A DNA stretch of 64,000 nucleotides from an uncultured delta proteobacterium (GTDB taxonomy: Bacteria; Myxococcota; Myxococcia; Myxococcales; Anaeromyxobacteraceae): the NCBI GenBank assembly GCA_963814585.1, contig CAWFDF010000003.1, forward strand, positions 32,001 to 96,000, read 5' to 3'. The notes beneath the pieces are model-generated. The model did not search any database and was not told the origin of the DNA. It saw nothing but the letters and a program-made list of their open reading frames with translations. Position numbers and translations under genes: made by a program. This document shows positions 30,304 to 39,755 of this stretch, piece by piece. Within the stretch, counting starts at the first letter, position 1; every line of letters starts with the position of its first letter.

Positions 30304-31269
30304 CTACCGCTCGACCGTGGCCATCAGGGCCGGGCCGTAGCGTTCGCCCGCCACCCGCCCGGCCAGCGGCTCGAGCTCGGCCATGTCCTCGGGTGCCAGG
30401 ACCACGTCGAGCGCATCGAGGTTCTCGTCGAGCCGCGCCCGCCGCCGGGTCCCGGGGATGGGGACCACGTCCTCTCCCTGGGCCAGGACCCAGGCCAGGG
30501 CCACCTGGGCCGGCGTGGACTGCCGGCGCGCGGCGACGCGGCGGATCACCTCGACCACGGCCTGGTTGGCCCGGGCGTTCTCCGGCGCGAACCGCGGGAC
30601 GCTGTGGCGGAAGTCCCCCGGGCCCAGCTCCCGATCGTCCTGGAAGGCACCGGCCAGGAAGCCACGCCCCAGCGGGCTGAAGGGCACGAAGCCGACGCCG
30701 AGCTCCCGGCACGCCGGCAGGATCCGCTCCTCCACGCCCCGCTCGAAGACCGAGTACTCGCTCTGCAGGGCGGTGATGGGGTGGACCTGGTGGGCGCGCC
30801 GCAGCGTGTCCGGGCCGACCTCGGACAGCCCGAGGAACCGGACCAGCCCGGCCTCCACCAGCCGCTTCATGCCCGCCACCGACTCCTCGATGGGCACCTT
30901 CGGGTCCAGCCGGTGGAGGTAGAAGAGATCGATGACGTCGACCTGGAGCCGGCGCAGCGACGCCTCGGCCACGCGCCGGGCGTTGGCCGGGCTCCCGTCC
31001 GGCCCGCCGTGGATGCCGAACTTGGTCGCCAGGACCACCTGCTGGCGCCGCCCCTGGATGGCCTTGCCGACCAGCACCTCGTTGGTGAACGGCCCGTAGA
31101 CCTCGGCCGTGTCGAGCAGCGTGACGCCCCGCTCGAGCGCCCGGTGGATGGTGGCGATGGCCTCGACCTCGTCCACCTCCTCGGGCCGCACGTAGCCGTG
31201 GGTCATGCCCATGCAGCCGAGCCCCATGGCCCCCACCTCCAGCACGCCGCCGAGCCGCCTGGTTCGCAT
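30304..31269 (-). CDS. aldo/keto reductase
   Basis: GLGCMGM, DTAEVYG, LATKFG, DLFYLHR and PIPGT motifs. Confidence 0.93.
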   Translation of the reverse strand: MRTRRLGGVLEVGAMGLGCMGMTHGYVRPEEVDEVEAIATIHRALERGVTLLDTAEVYGPFTNEVLVGKAIQGRRQQVVLATKFGIHGGPDGSPANARRVAEASLRRLQVDVIDLFYLHRLDPKVPIEESVAGMKRLVEAGLVRFLGLSEVGPDTLRRAHQVHPITALQSEYSVFERGVEERILPACRELGVGFVPFSPLGRGFLAGAFQDDRELGPGDFRHSVPRFAPENARANQAVVEVIRRVAARRQSTPAQVALAWVLAQGEDVVPIPGTRRRARLDENLDALDVVLAPEDMAELEPLAGRVAGERYGPALMATVER

Positions 31270-31469
31270 GGCACCTCCCTTGGCTCTCACTCTATCGCCG
31301 GCGAGGCGCGAGAGGGCCCCGTCGCGGCCGGCCGCAGGCCGTCGGATCGACACCAGGCCGGCGAGCGACCCCGGTGGGGGGCGACACGCCTGGCGTGCCT
31401 CCCGCCGGCCCGGGCGCGTGCCCGCGCGGCGAACCCGTGCCAGGGGCGGCCCTGCGATATGGGTGGTGC

Positions 31470-32276
31470 ATGTCCATCTCTCGCCGCCTCGTCGCCATCC
31501 CCGCCTCCCCGGTCGAGCCGTCACGCGCCCCCGCCGAGATCCTGGTCCGCGAGGCGGGCGCCGGTCCGGCGGTGCTGCTCCTCCACGGCGGGTGGGGCTG
31601 GGAAGCCTACCCGTGCGACGTCGCCGCCGTCGCCCGGCGCCACCGTGTCGTCGTGCCTGATCGCGTCGGCTACGGCGGCTCGGGGCGCCTGGCCGCCCTG
31701 CCGGCCGGCTTCCACCGCGCCATGGCCGAGGAGACGCTCCTCGTCATGGATGCGCTCGGCATCGAGCGGGCCGCCCTCTGGGGTCACAGCGACGGCGCGG
31801 TCATCGCCGCCTGGATGGGCTTCCTCGCCCCGTCCCGCGTCCGGGCGCTGGTGCTGGAGGCGCTCCACTTCGTCGCCGCCAAGGTCTCGTCGGAGGAGTT
31901 CTTCCACACCGCCGTCGACGCCCCCGAGCGCTTCGGGCCGGCCGTGGCGGAGGCGCTCCGCCGCGATCACGGCGAGGCCTGGCGCGAGGTGGTCGCCGCG
32001 GGCGGGCGGGCCTGGCTCTCCATCATCGCGGAGGGTCGGGCCGGCCGGCCCGACCTCTACCAGGGGCGCTTCGGGGAGATCCGCGCGCCGACGCTCCTGC
32101 TGCACGGCACGCGGGACCCCCGCACCGAGCCCGGGGAGCTCGAGGCGGCGCGGCGGGCCCTCCCGTCCGCCCAGGTGGCGCTCCTCGACGCGGGCCACTG
32201 CCCCCACGCCGGCGAGCGGACCGCCGCCGAGGCGACCCGGCTGGCCGTCGAGTTCCTGGAGGCTCACGCCGCGTGA
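31470..32276 (+). CDS. alpha/beta hydrolase
   Basis: LLHGG, GHSDG nucleophile elbow and AGHCPH. Confidence 0.88.
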   Translation: MSISRRLVAIPASPVEPSRAPAEILVREAGAGPAVLLLHGGWGWEAYPCDVAAVARRHRVVVPDRVGYGGSGRLAALPAGFHRAMAEETLLVMDALGIERAALWGHSDGAVIAAWMGFLAPSRVRALVLEALHFVAAKVSSEEFFHTAVDAPERFGPAVAEALRRDHGEAWREVVAAGGRAWLSIIAEGRAGRPDLYQGRFGEIRAPTLLLHGTRDPRTEPGELEAARRALPSAQVALLDAGHCPHAGERTAAEATRLAVEFLEAHAA

Positions 32277-32290
32277 TCCTCTTCCGGCCT

Positions 32291-32530
32291 TCAGGTCTCC
32301 TGGCCCGCGATCATGCCCAGCACCGCCCTCGCCGTGGTCGAGAGCCCCTCGGGATCGAGCGCCGCCTCCAGCCGGCGCTGCAGCATGGCGGCCTGGCAGG
32401 CCTCCACCCGCCCCGCCTCGTCGAGGTCGGCCCAGGCCGGGTGCAGGCCGATGCCGCCGTCGGCGCGCCGCGGGCGCCAGGCGCCGACCGCCTGCTCGAT
32501 GAGCAGCTCACGCTCCCGGTCGCCGGTCAT
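32291..32530 (-). CDS. small hypothetical protein translationally coupled to the ECF sigma gene
   Basis: ATGA overlap with the sigma stop and a GAGGAG RBS. 79 aa, no TM segment. Confidence 0.7.
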   Translation of the reverse strand: MTGDRERELLIEQAVGAWRPRRADGGIGLHPAWADLDEAGRVEACQAAMLQRRLEAALDPEGLSTTARAVLGMIAGQET

Positions 32531-33105
32531 GGCAGCTCCTCCTCCAGGGACACGCCGCGTCGCCCCAGGCACTCGGCCAGGGCACGGCGCGCCCGGGTCA
32601 CGTTCTGCAGCAGCGTGTTGAGCTTGATCCCGAGCCGGGCCGCGATGGCCTGGTCGGGCTCGCCACCCGCGGCCGCCAGCCGCGCCAGGAGCGCCTCTCG
32701 CGGCTTCGGCGGGAGGAGGCGGGCGCAGGCCTCGATGGCCCTTCGCAGCAGCGGGTCCGAGGGTGCCGGCCCCGCGTCGGCGAGGCCGTCGAGGAGCCGC
32801 TCGAGCGCCCTGTCGTCGCGTCCAGGTGGAAACCGCCCGCGCCTCCGCGCCTCGCTCAGGGCGAGGTTGCGAGCCACCCGGGCGGCGAAGCGGAGCAGCG
32901 CGTTGGCCTTCCCGTCCGGATGGACCCTGCCCGCCAGCTGCCAGGTCCGCAGCAGCGTCTCCTGGAGCACCGCCTCGACGTCCACGGCGGCCGCGAAGGA
33001 GCGGAGGCTGGCGCGCAGCGTGTGCTCGGCCCCGGCGACCCAGGAGGCGAAGGCCTCCGGGTCGCCCTCCGCGATGCTCGCCAGGTGGACGTCGAGGTCG
33101 AGCAC
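32527..33105 (-). CDS. ECF-type RNA polymerase sigma factor
   Basis: GDPEAF, region 2 DVEAVLQETLL...VARNLA, and region 4 IAARLGIKLNT...RARRAL. Confidence 0.8.
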   Translation of the reverse strand: MLDLDVHLASIAEGDPEAFASWVAGAEHTLRASLRSFAAAVDVEAVLQETLLRTWQLAGRVHPDGKANALLRFAARVARNLALSEARRRGRFPPGRDDRALERLLDGLADAGPAPSDPLLRRAIEACARLLPPKPREALLARLAAAGGEPDQAIAARLGIKLNTLLQNVTRARRALAECLGRRGVSLEEELP

Positions 33106-33113
33106 GGTGCCGC

Positions 33114-35432
33114 TCAGGGACTCGCCGGCCGCAGGACCAGCTCGAGGGAGACGTCGGGCAGCTCGATCCGGGCCGGGCCGAGCCCCTCGGGGAGCGGTGA
33201 CCTCAGCCGGAGCACCAGCCGGATGGTCTGCCCCGCCTCGATGACGCCCTCGCCGGTGCCGCGGCCGGCGTCGACCTCCAGCTCGAGCGTGGTCCCATCG
33301 GAGAGGTGCGCCAGGGCCCGGGCGCCGGGGTGCCAGTCCAGCCCGTCGGCGGGGGCCTCGAGCTCGACCACCAGGCGGTCCGGCCGGCGCAGGACGAGGC
33401 GGGCGGGGAGGGACGCGGCGCTGCCGGTGGAGTCGGCGCTGGAGGCCTCGCTCTCCAGGTCGGTCCGGTCGCTGCGAAGCACCGTGTACTCATCTTGGGC
33501 ATCGAACCAGAGAGCTGCCTTTGCCGACGGTATTTGGATGGCGTTCACGGGCGACGACCGTTGCAGGCAGGCCACCGCGTGGTGGACCATCGCCGCCTGC
33601 CGCAGCCCCAGCCCCGCCACCGACGTCCCGTAGGGCAGCTGCTGGGGCATCCGCTCGCGGCGCGTCGGCCGGCGCGGGTCCACGGTCGCCTCCTCCGACA
33701 CCGCCACCCAGGAGGTGAGCCGCGTCGAGATCTGGAACGCGAGCCCCAGCTCCTCGATGGCCTGGTCGAGCCTCCTCGAGCGCGGGCTGGTCGCCACCAG
33801 CAGCTCCAGGTCCTCCACCGCCTCGCGGGCGAAGAGGGCCGGGATGGCCGCGTGGCCCTCCGCCGGGTCGTTGGCCGCCACCATGAGCGTCCGCTCGAAC
33901 GGGCCGGAGGCGGTCGAGCCGGTCACGTGGAGCTCGCCGCCGGCGGGCGCCAGCTCGAGGGCGACCAGGGCCGGCGCCCCCGCGAAGAGGTCGGGGAGGC
34001 GTTCGGGGGCCCACTTCACCAGCGCGCTCCCCGAGACCGCGAGCTCGGTCACGGCCGGCGCCACGGTGCGGGCCAGCAGCCTGGCCGCCGCGGCGTCCGG
34101 GCGCTCGTCCAGATCCACCAGCACCTCGACGCCACGGCCGGCCCGGGCCGCCGGCCCGGTGAGCGACTGGTTGGCGGCGGACCCGACGCCGACGACGTGG
34201 AGCCGGGAGCGGGCGGGGAGCTGCTCCAGGACGGTCTTCAGGATCTCCGCCTCGAAGCTGACCGCCCCGTCGCTCACCAGCACCACCTGCCGCTGCGCCT
34301 CGGGCCGGATCCCCCTCAGCGCCTCGTGGAGCGCGCCGGTCATCTCGGTGGCGCCGCCGGCCTCCAGGCCGGCCAGCCAGGCCTGCGCCTCCTTCCGGGC
34401 CCTGGCCGAGCCCTTCACCGGCCTCGGCTTCCAGCGGTGGGGGGCGTCCGAGAACTCGATCAGCTCGAGCGTGTCGGCGTCGGTGAGCGAGCCGACCAGC
34501 GCGCCGACCACCTGCTTCGCCTGATCGAGCGGCTGGCCCGACATCGAGCCGCTGGTGTCGAGCAGGACGACGAGGTCGCGGGGGAGCGCCCGCACCGACT
34601 CCGGCGTCGGCGGGACGATGGTGAGGAGGCCGAAGCGACGACCGGCCACCCGGCTCGGGGCCACGGGGCGGGTCACGTCGAGACCGACGCCCACCTCGGC
34701 CGTGGCGACCGGCCAGCGGATGGCCACGTCGCGGTCGAGCGGGACGCCCCCCTCGGCCTGCAGGCTGGCGCCGGCCGTGCCGCCCCCCGTGCGGAGCTGG
34801 AGCGCGTGTGTCGGCGACTCGAGCCGGCCGCCGCCGGCGAGCCGGTCGCCCACGGTGAGCGAGAGGGTCAGCCTGGCCGACACCTCGCCGTCGGCCACCT
34901 CCACCTCCGTCCGCCTCGCGTCCGGCACCCGCCCCTCGCCCCCCTGGTAGCGCGGCGTGAGCGCCGTGGGGAAGCGCCACTCCCAGGCCCCCTCCGGCAG
35001 CCAGGCCAGCTGCTGGTCGATGGTCAGCTCGGCGACCACCTCGGCCCCGGGCGGGACGTTGCCCAGCTCCTGGCTGAAGACGCTGCCGCGCACCTGCTCG
35101 AGCAGCGCCGCCGTCTTCCCCTCCACCAGCGCCTCCTCGTACCGCTCGCGGGCGTCGGCCATCCGGTCCACCTCGCCCACGATGCGCCGCTCGCCCAGCC
35201 GGAAGGCGAAGCCGCTCACCGCCCCGGCGTGCGGGAGCGGGAAGAGGTAGCCGACGTGCAGCGGCTCGGCGTGGACGTTCCTGAAGCGCTGCTCGAGCAT
35301 GACACGGCAGAGGCCCCCCGAGGCGGCGGCGGTCAGGCGGGTGGCGAGGAGCGGCAGGATCCGGCCGTCGACGGCGACGAGCCGCCCTCCGGCGCTGGGG
35401 TCGGTCAGCTGCGTGGCAGTCGAGGTCTTCAT
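33114..35432 (-). CDS. cytoplasmic VIT + VWA domain protein
   Basis: VIT (LEQRFRN...YLFPLP..GAV...ARERYEEA...GNVPPG), MIDAS DTSGSM...GGATE...SDG, and TRLTSWVAV. No signal peptide. Confidence 0.9.
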   Translation of the reverse strand: MKTSTATQLTDPSAGGRLVAVDGRILPLLATRLTAAASGGLCRVMLEQRFRNVHAEPLHVGYLFPLPHAGAVSGFAFRLGERRIVGEVDRMADARERYEEALVEGKTAALLEQVRGSVFSQELGNVPPGAEVVAELTIDQQLAWLPEGAWEWRFPTALTPRYQGGEGRVPDARRTEVEVADGEVSARLTLSLTVGDRLAGGGRLESPTHALQLRTGGGTAGASLQAEGGVPLDRDVAIRWPVATAEVGVGLDVTRPVAPSRVAGRRFGLLTIVPPTPESVRALPRDLVVLLDTSGSMSGQPLDQAKQVVGALVGSLTDADTLELIEFSDAPHRWKPRPVKGSARARKEAQAWLAGLEAGGATEMTGALHEALRGIRPEAQRQVVLVSDGAVSFEAEILKTVLEQLPARSRLHVVGVGSAANQSLTGPAARAGRGVEVLVDLDERPDAAAARLLARTVAPAVTELAVSGSALVKWAPERLPDLFAGAPALVALELAPAGGELHVTGSTASGPFERTLMVAANDPAEGHAAIPALFAREAVEDLELLVATSPRSRRLDQAIEELGLAFQISTRLTSWVAVSEEATVDPRRPTRRERMPQQLPYGTSVAGLGLRQAAMVHHAVACLQRSSPVNAIQIPSAKAALWFDAQDEYTVLRSDRTDLESEASSADSTGSAASLPARLVLRRPDRLVVELEAPADGLDWHPGARALAHLSDGTTLELEVDAGRGTGEGVIEAGQTIRLVLRLRSPLPEGLGPARIELPDVSLELVLRPASP

Positions 35433-35468
35433 GTCGTCACTCCCCGTTGGCGATGCGTTCTACGGTCC

Positions 35469-35495
35469 AACGAACGGGAGGCCGTCCTTGTGACA
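35469..35495 (-). promoter_or_regulatory. putative ECF-type promoter upstream of the VIT-VWA operon
   Basis: The minus strand reads TGTCACA-N16-CGTT, ending about 36 bp before the ATG. Confidence 0.6.
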
Positions 35496-35552
35496 GTGCC
35501 GCCTGCGCCGCGGCACTCCAAGGGATTTCCGGCGCCTCGCCCGCCCCGCCGC

Positions 35553-36008
35553 CTAGCCCCCGCCCGACAGCCCTCTCCGCTCGATCTTCAGCGGCGGCAA
35601 GGTCATCGGTCCGCCCCGGGCCTGGAAGGCGTCGTACTCGAGGTCGGACGGCGATCCCGCCCCCAGGACCTCCGCGAGCGTCCTCACCATGAGCCCGGCC
35701 GCCTGCTCCGTGGCCCTCGGCCCCCTCAGGTCGACCGAGTAGTTCGGAGCGCCGCGCCTCGATGGCGCCTTCCAGCCCAGCTCCAGCAGCCTGGCCGACT
35801 CCCGCGCGGAGAGCGCGCTCTCCGGGGCCAGGAAGGTGTTGCTCGACGCCTCGACGTGCAGGCTCCCCGGACCGTTCACGAAAGCCTGCACGTACCGGTT
35901 GGTCCCGCGGCGCTGGAGGATCAGGATCTGGTCCTCATCGAAGACGCCCAGCACCAGCTCCAGCTCCCGCCTCAGCCCTGCCCACGCCGTCCCGGTCTCG
36001 CTGCCCAT
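35553..36008 (-). CDS. TY-Chap-like (T3SS/YbjN peptide-binding chaperone fold) protein
   Basis: RYVQ...EASSN.FL....L.ELGW..P...PNY...AA.L.VRTL..V.G..SP..L.Y.AF pattern. Confidence 0.6.
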   Translation of the reverse strand: MGSETGTAWAGLRRELELVLGVFDEDQILILQRRGTNRYVQAFVNGPGSLHVEASSNTFLAPESALSARESARLLELGWKAPSRRGAPNYSVDLRGPRATEQAAGLMVRTLAEVLGAGSPSDLEYDAFQARGGPMTLPPLKIERRGLSGGG

Positions 36009-36302
36009 CGGACTCCCTCCAGGCGCACTCGCGCTCGTGGCCACCGCTTCTCGCTCCCTGGGTCCGGGCCTGGCCGATCGCTCACCCGACCCACGTTCAC
36101 GCTACGTGGCCGACGGACATGGCTCCGGGAGCCCCGGCCGGCGTCGGGGACCTGCCGCGCAGGTCCCTCCCCGGGCGATACTGGGAGCCATGACGAGGAG
36201 TCCCACGGACGGATCGCGCGGGCGGTGGAGCTGGTCGGGGAGCTGGACTGAAGCCCGGGCCCCGGGCCTTCCCGCTCGACGGCACGGAGCGACGGTGGCC
36301 GG

Positions 36303-36725
36303 TCAGCGGATGGCCTCGAGGCGCTCCCTGGCTCTCCGGTACTTCGCCAGCCGCGCCTCCTCCTCGGGGCCGATCACCCTGAGGCGGCTCCTGTCCGAGT
36401 TGTCCGCCAGGTCGGCGAGCTTCACCCTCCTGGCCAGCCCGTTCCTGCCGGCGCGCTCGATGAAGGCCTCGTAGGTCTCGCCCTCGCCCCTCGTCAGCGC
36501 CGCCACCGCCAGGACCTCCTCCTCGGGCAGTCCCTTCCGGCGCAGCGTGTCGAGCGTGACGCCGCTGTCCTCGACGACGTCGTGCAGCACCGCCACGCGA
36601 CGCTCCTCGATCGTCTCCAGCCTGAGCATCACGCGGAGCGGATGGAGGATGTAGGCCTCGCCGGCCTTGTCCAGCTGCCCCTCGTGGACCTGCGCCGCGA
36701 GGGAGATTGCCTGTTCCAGGGTCAT
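36303..36725 (-). CDS. RelA/SpoT-type HD domain protein (small alarmone hydrolase-like)
   Basis: HEGQLDKAGEAYILHPLRV, LHDVVED and VKLADLADN. Confidence 0.85.
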   Translation of the reverse strand: MTLEQAISLAAQVHEGQLDKAGEAYILHPLRVMLRLETIEERRVAVLHDVVEDSGVTLDTLRRKGLPEEEVLAVAALTRGEGETYEAFIERAGRNGLARRVKLADLADNSDRSRLRVIGPEEEARLAKYRRARERLEAIR

Positions 36726-36959
36726 GTCGGTAGGTCCTCCTGCCTTCGAGCCGGGGTGTCCCGGCGCGAGCCTACGGCAAGCACGGCGGGCCGGGGAGCC
36801 GGCGAGCCGGCCTTCCCTGTGCCCCTTGCCTCGACCTGGCACCTCCTCGCCTTGACGCCCGTCACGCTCCGCCCCGATCCCGACCGTCGTGTCCGGCGGA
36901 CCGCGCCGTGTCCGTCCCTTGACCTATGCTGTCGCCTGTCCGTCCGGGGACCCTCCGCC

Positions 36960-39755
36960 ATGCTCCACCTCCTCCTCTCCGCCCACGACGGCGGCACGGC
37001 CTGGCGCCACCTGCTCGCGCCGGGGGAGGCGCGCGCCGGCTTCGAGCCGGTCGGACCGCTCGGCCTGGCGCGGCGGCTCGGCCGCATCCTCGGCATCCCC
37101 GCGGAGCCGGCCAGCGCGCCGGCGCGGCTGGCGGCCTGGACGCAGCGGCTCGACCAGCACGACGACGGCACCCGCTCCTACTCGGCCTCGCGCCGGCAGG
37201 ACCCCTTCGGCGTGGCGCGCTACCTCCTCGCGCTCCGCGACGGCCTCCGGCTCTCCGGCTGGGACGGGCGCCCGCTCGGCGGCAGCGCCCGGCTCGCCGA
37301 CCTCGCGGCGCTGGAGCAGCTCGGCTCCCGGCTCCCCCCGGGCGTCCCCGACCTGGTCCGGGAGCTCGTCGACGGCCTCGCCGCCGCGGGCCGGCTGCCC
37401 TTCCCGGTGAGCGTCGAGCTCGCGTCGCCCCGGCGCGCCTTCCAGCCGCTGGTGCGGCAGCTCCTCGAGGCGCTCGCCACCGCCGGCGCCGTGGTCCACG
37501 ACCCGCCCGCGCCATCGGCGCTGGCGCCCGGCTCCACCGACCTCGGCCGCGTGCAGCGCGCCCTGCTCGATCCGACCTCCGCGCGCCCCGCGCTCGCGGG
37601 CGACGGCACGCTCCTGCTCCTCGAGGCCGACACGCCCATCGAGGCGGCCGAGCTGGCGGCCTCCTTCGCCCGCACCCGCCCCCTCGCCGACGCCACCTTC
37701 GTGGTGGCCACCGAGCCCTCCACGCTCGACACGGCGCTGGCGCGCCAGGGGCTCCCCACCCTCGGCCTCCCCTCCTCGTCCCACCTCCGGCCGCACCTGC
37801 AGCTGCTCCCCCTGCGCCTCACCCTCGCCTTCAGGCCGCAGGATCCATTCCGCGCCGCCGAGCTGCTGCTGCTCCCGGGGGCGCCGCTGGCCGGCCACGC
37901 CCGGCGCAGGCTGCTCGCCGCGCTCACCCGGATGCCCGGCATCGGCAGCCCGGAGTGGATGCACGCCATCGATGGCGCCGTCGCCGACGAGATCCGGTTC
38001 GCCGCCGGGCGCGGCGAGAAACCCGCGGAGGCCGAGGAGGCCGGCGCCTCGCTCCGCGCCCGCATCGAGACGTGGCTTGGCGGCGACCTGCACGATCCCG
38101 TCGAGGGGATCCCGGCCGCCCGGGCGGCGGCGCTCTGCTCGGAGCTGGCCACCTGGGCCGGCGGCCGGGTGAAGGGCGCGCTCGAGGAGGAGGCGGCAGG
38201 GCCGGGGGGCGGCGCGGCCGGCGACGCCTCGTCCTGGGCCCACGCCGCCGCCGTGGCGCGGACGCTGGAGCAGCTGCTCATCGCCCGTCCTCCCGGCGAG
38301 CGGCTCACCCAGCAGGCCCTCCTGCAGCTCCACGGCCTGGCGGTCGGCGACGGCTCCGACCTGGCCGCCTTCGCCGGGGAGGCCGGTCGCCCGGCGCTCG
38401 CCTCGGCGCCGGGCGGCGTGACCTCGCCCTGCGCCGAGGTGGTCTGGTGGGGCTTCGTCGTCGACGCCGACCCGGGCCCGGCCCCCGAGCCGTGGACCGG
38501 CACCGAGCGGGCGGCGCTGATCGCCGCCGGCGTCACCCTCCCCGCGCCCGGCGAGCGACGCTCCGTCGAGGCCGACGGCTGGCGCCAGCCGCTCCTCTCG
38601 GCGCGCGAGCGGCTGGTCCTGGTCCGGTGGCGCCTCTCGGGCGCCGAGCCCATCCCGCCCCACGCCTTCCTCGACGAGCTCACCACCCGCGTCGCCGACG
38701 GCGCGCTGGCCTCCTGCACGGTGACCTCCGAGCAGCTGCTCCGCGCCAGGGCCGCCGGCGGGCCGTGGAAGCCGGCCACCACCAGCGTCGCCCCCCAGGA
38801 CCTGCTGGCGCAGCGGCCGGCCTGGACCGTGCCGCCCGGGACGGTCGCGCCCATGGCGACGCTCTCCGCCTCGGCGCTCGAGTCCTACCTCGGCTGTCCC
38901 TTCAGCTGGGCGCTCCACTACGCTGCGCAGCTCCGGCCGGGCGGCGGCGTGAGCCTGCCGGAGGGGAGCCAGCTGCTCGGCACCTTCGCCCACGGGATCC
39001 TGCAGGACATGCTCTGCGGGCCGGACCGGCTTCCCTTCCCGGAGGCGACGGCGGCCGACGCCCGGGCCTGGGCCGAGCGGGCGTTCGACGCCCGGGTCGG
39101 CGTCGAGGCCGCGCCGCTGGTCCGGCGCGGCGGCGAGGTGGAGCTCGAGCGGGCCCGCACGCTGGTGGCCAGCGCGGCCGGCTCGCTGCTCGAGACGCTG
39201 CAGCGCTCCGGCTGGAGGCCGGTGGACGCCGAGCGCGAGGTGGCCGGCCGCTTCGCCGGCCTCCCGGCCTCGGGCTACGTGGACCTGGTGGTCGAGAAGA
39301 AGGGCGTCGAGGCGGTCGTCGACCTGAAGCTCTCCGGGCTCAGGTACCGCCAGTCGGAGCTCGAGGAGGGGCGCGCGCTCCAGATCGCGCTCTACGCCTC
39401 GATGCTCGGGAGGCAGGGCGCACCCCTGCCGCCGTCCGGGTTCTTCATCCTGGAGGACGGGCGGCTCCTCACCACCGAGCCGCAGGCCTTCCCCGGCGCC
39501 ACGGTGGTCGAGGGGCCGGGATCGCAGGCCACGCTGGAGGGATCCGAGGAGGGCTTCGGCTACTGGAGGAAGGTCCTGGCCAAGGGCGTGCTGCCGGTGC
39601 TCCACGAGGAGCTGGACTGGGAGCCTGCCGTGACCGCCGCCGCCGGCCCGCCGCCCGCGGCCGACTCGCCGGCGCGCCGGCCGCCGCCGTGCCGGTACTG
39701 CGACTACCGGGCCATCTGCGTCCCGCCGGCCCTCGTGGACGAGGAGGCGCCGTGA
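36960..39755 (+). CDS. AddB-like PD-(D/E)XK nuclease subunit
   Basis: C-terminal LSASALE..LGCPF, GYVD, VDLK, LQIALY and CRYCDYRAIC (four Cys, Fe-S staple-like). Confidence 0.8.
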   Translation: MLHLLLSAHDGGTAWRHLLAPGEARAGFEPVGPLGLARRLGRILGIPAEPASAPARLAAWTQRLDQHDDGTRSYSASRRQDPFGVARYLLALRDGLRLSGWDGRPLGGSARLADLAALEQLGSRLPPGVPDLVRELVDGLAAAGRLPFPVSVELASPRRAFQPLVRQLLEALATAGAVVHDPPAPSALAPGSTDLGRVQRALLDPTSARPALAGDGTLLLLEADTPIEAAELAASFARTRPLADATFVVATEPSTLDTALARQGLPTLGLPSSSHLRPHLQLLPLRLTLAFRPQDPFRAAELLLLPGAPLAGHARRRLLAALTRMPGIGSPEWMHAIDGAVADEIRFAAGRGEKPAEAEEAGASLRARIETWLGGDLHDPVEGIPAARAAALCSELATWAGGRVKGALEEEAAGPGGGAAGDASSWAHAAAVARTLEQLLIARPPGERLTQQALLQLHGLAVGDGSDLAAFAGEAGRPALASAPGGVTSPCAEVVWWGFVVDADPGPAPEPWTGTERAALIAAGVTLPAPGERRSVEADGWRQPLLSARERLVLVRWRLSGAEPIPPHAFLDELTTRVADGALASCTVTSEQLLRARAAGGPWKPATTSVAPQDLLAQRPAWTVPPGTVAPMATLSASALESYLGCPFSWALHYAAQLRPGGGVSLPEGSQLLGTFAHGILQDMLCGPDRLPFPEATAADARAWAERAFDARVGVEAAPLVRRGGEVELERARTLVASAAGSLLETLQRSGWRPVDAEREVAGRFAGLPASGYVDLVVEKKGVEAVVDLKLSGLRYRQSELEEGRALQIALYASMLGRQGAPLPPSGFFILEDGRLLTTEPQAFPGATVVEGPGSQATLEGSEEGFGYWRKVLAKGVLPVLHEELDWEPAVTAAAGPPPAADSPARRPPPCRYCDYRAICVPPALVDEEAP

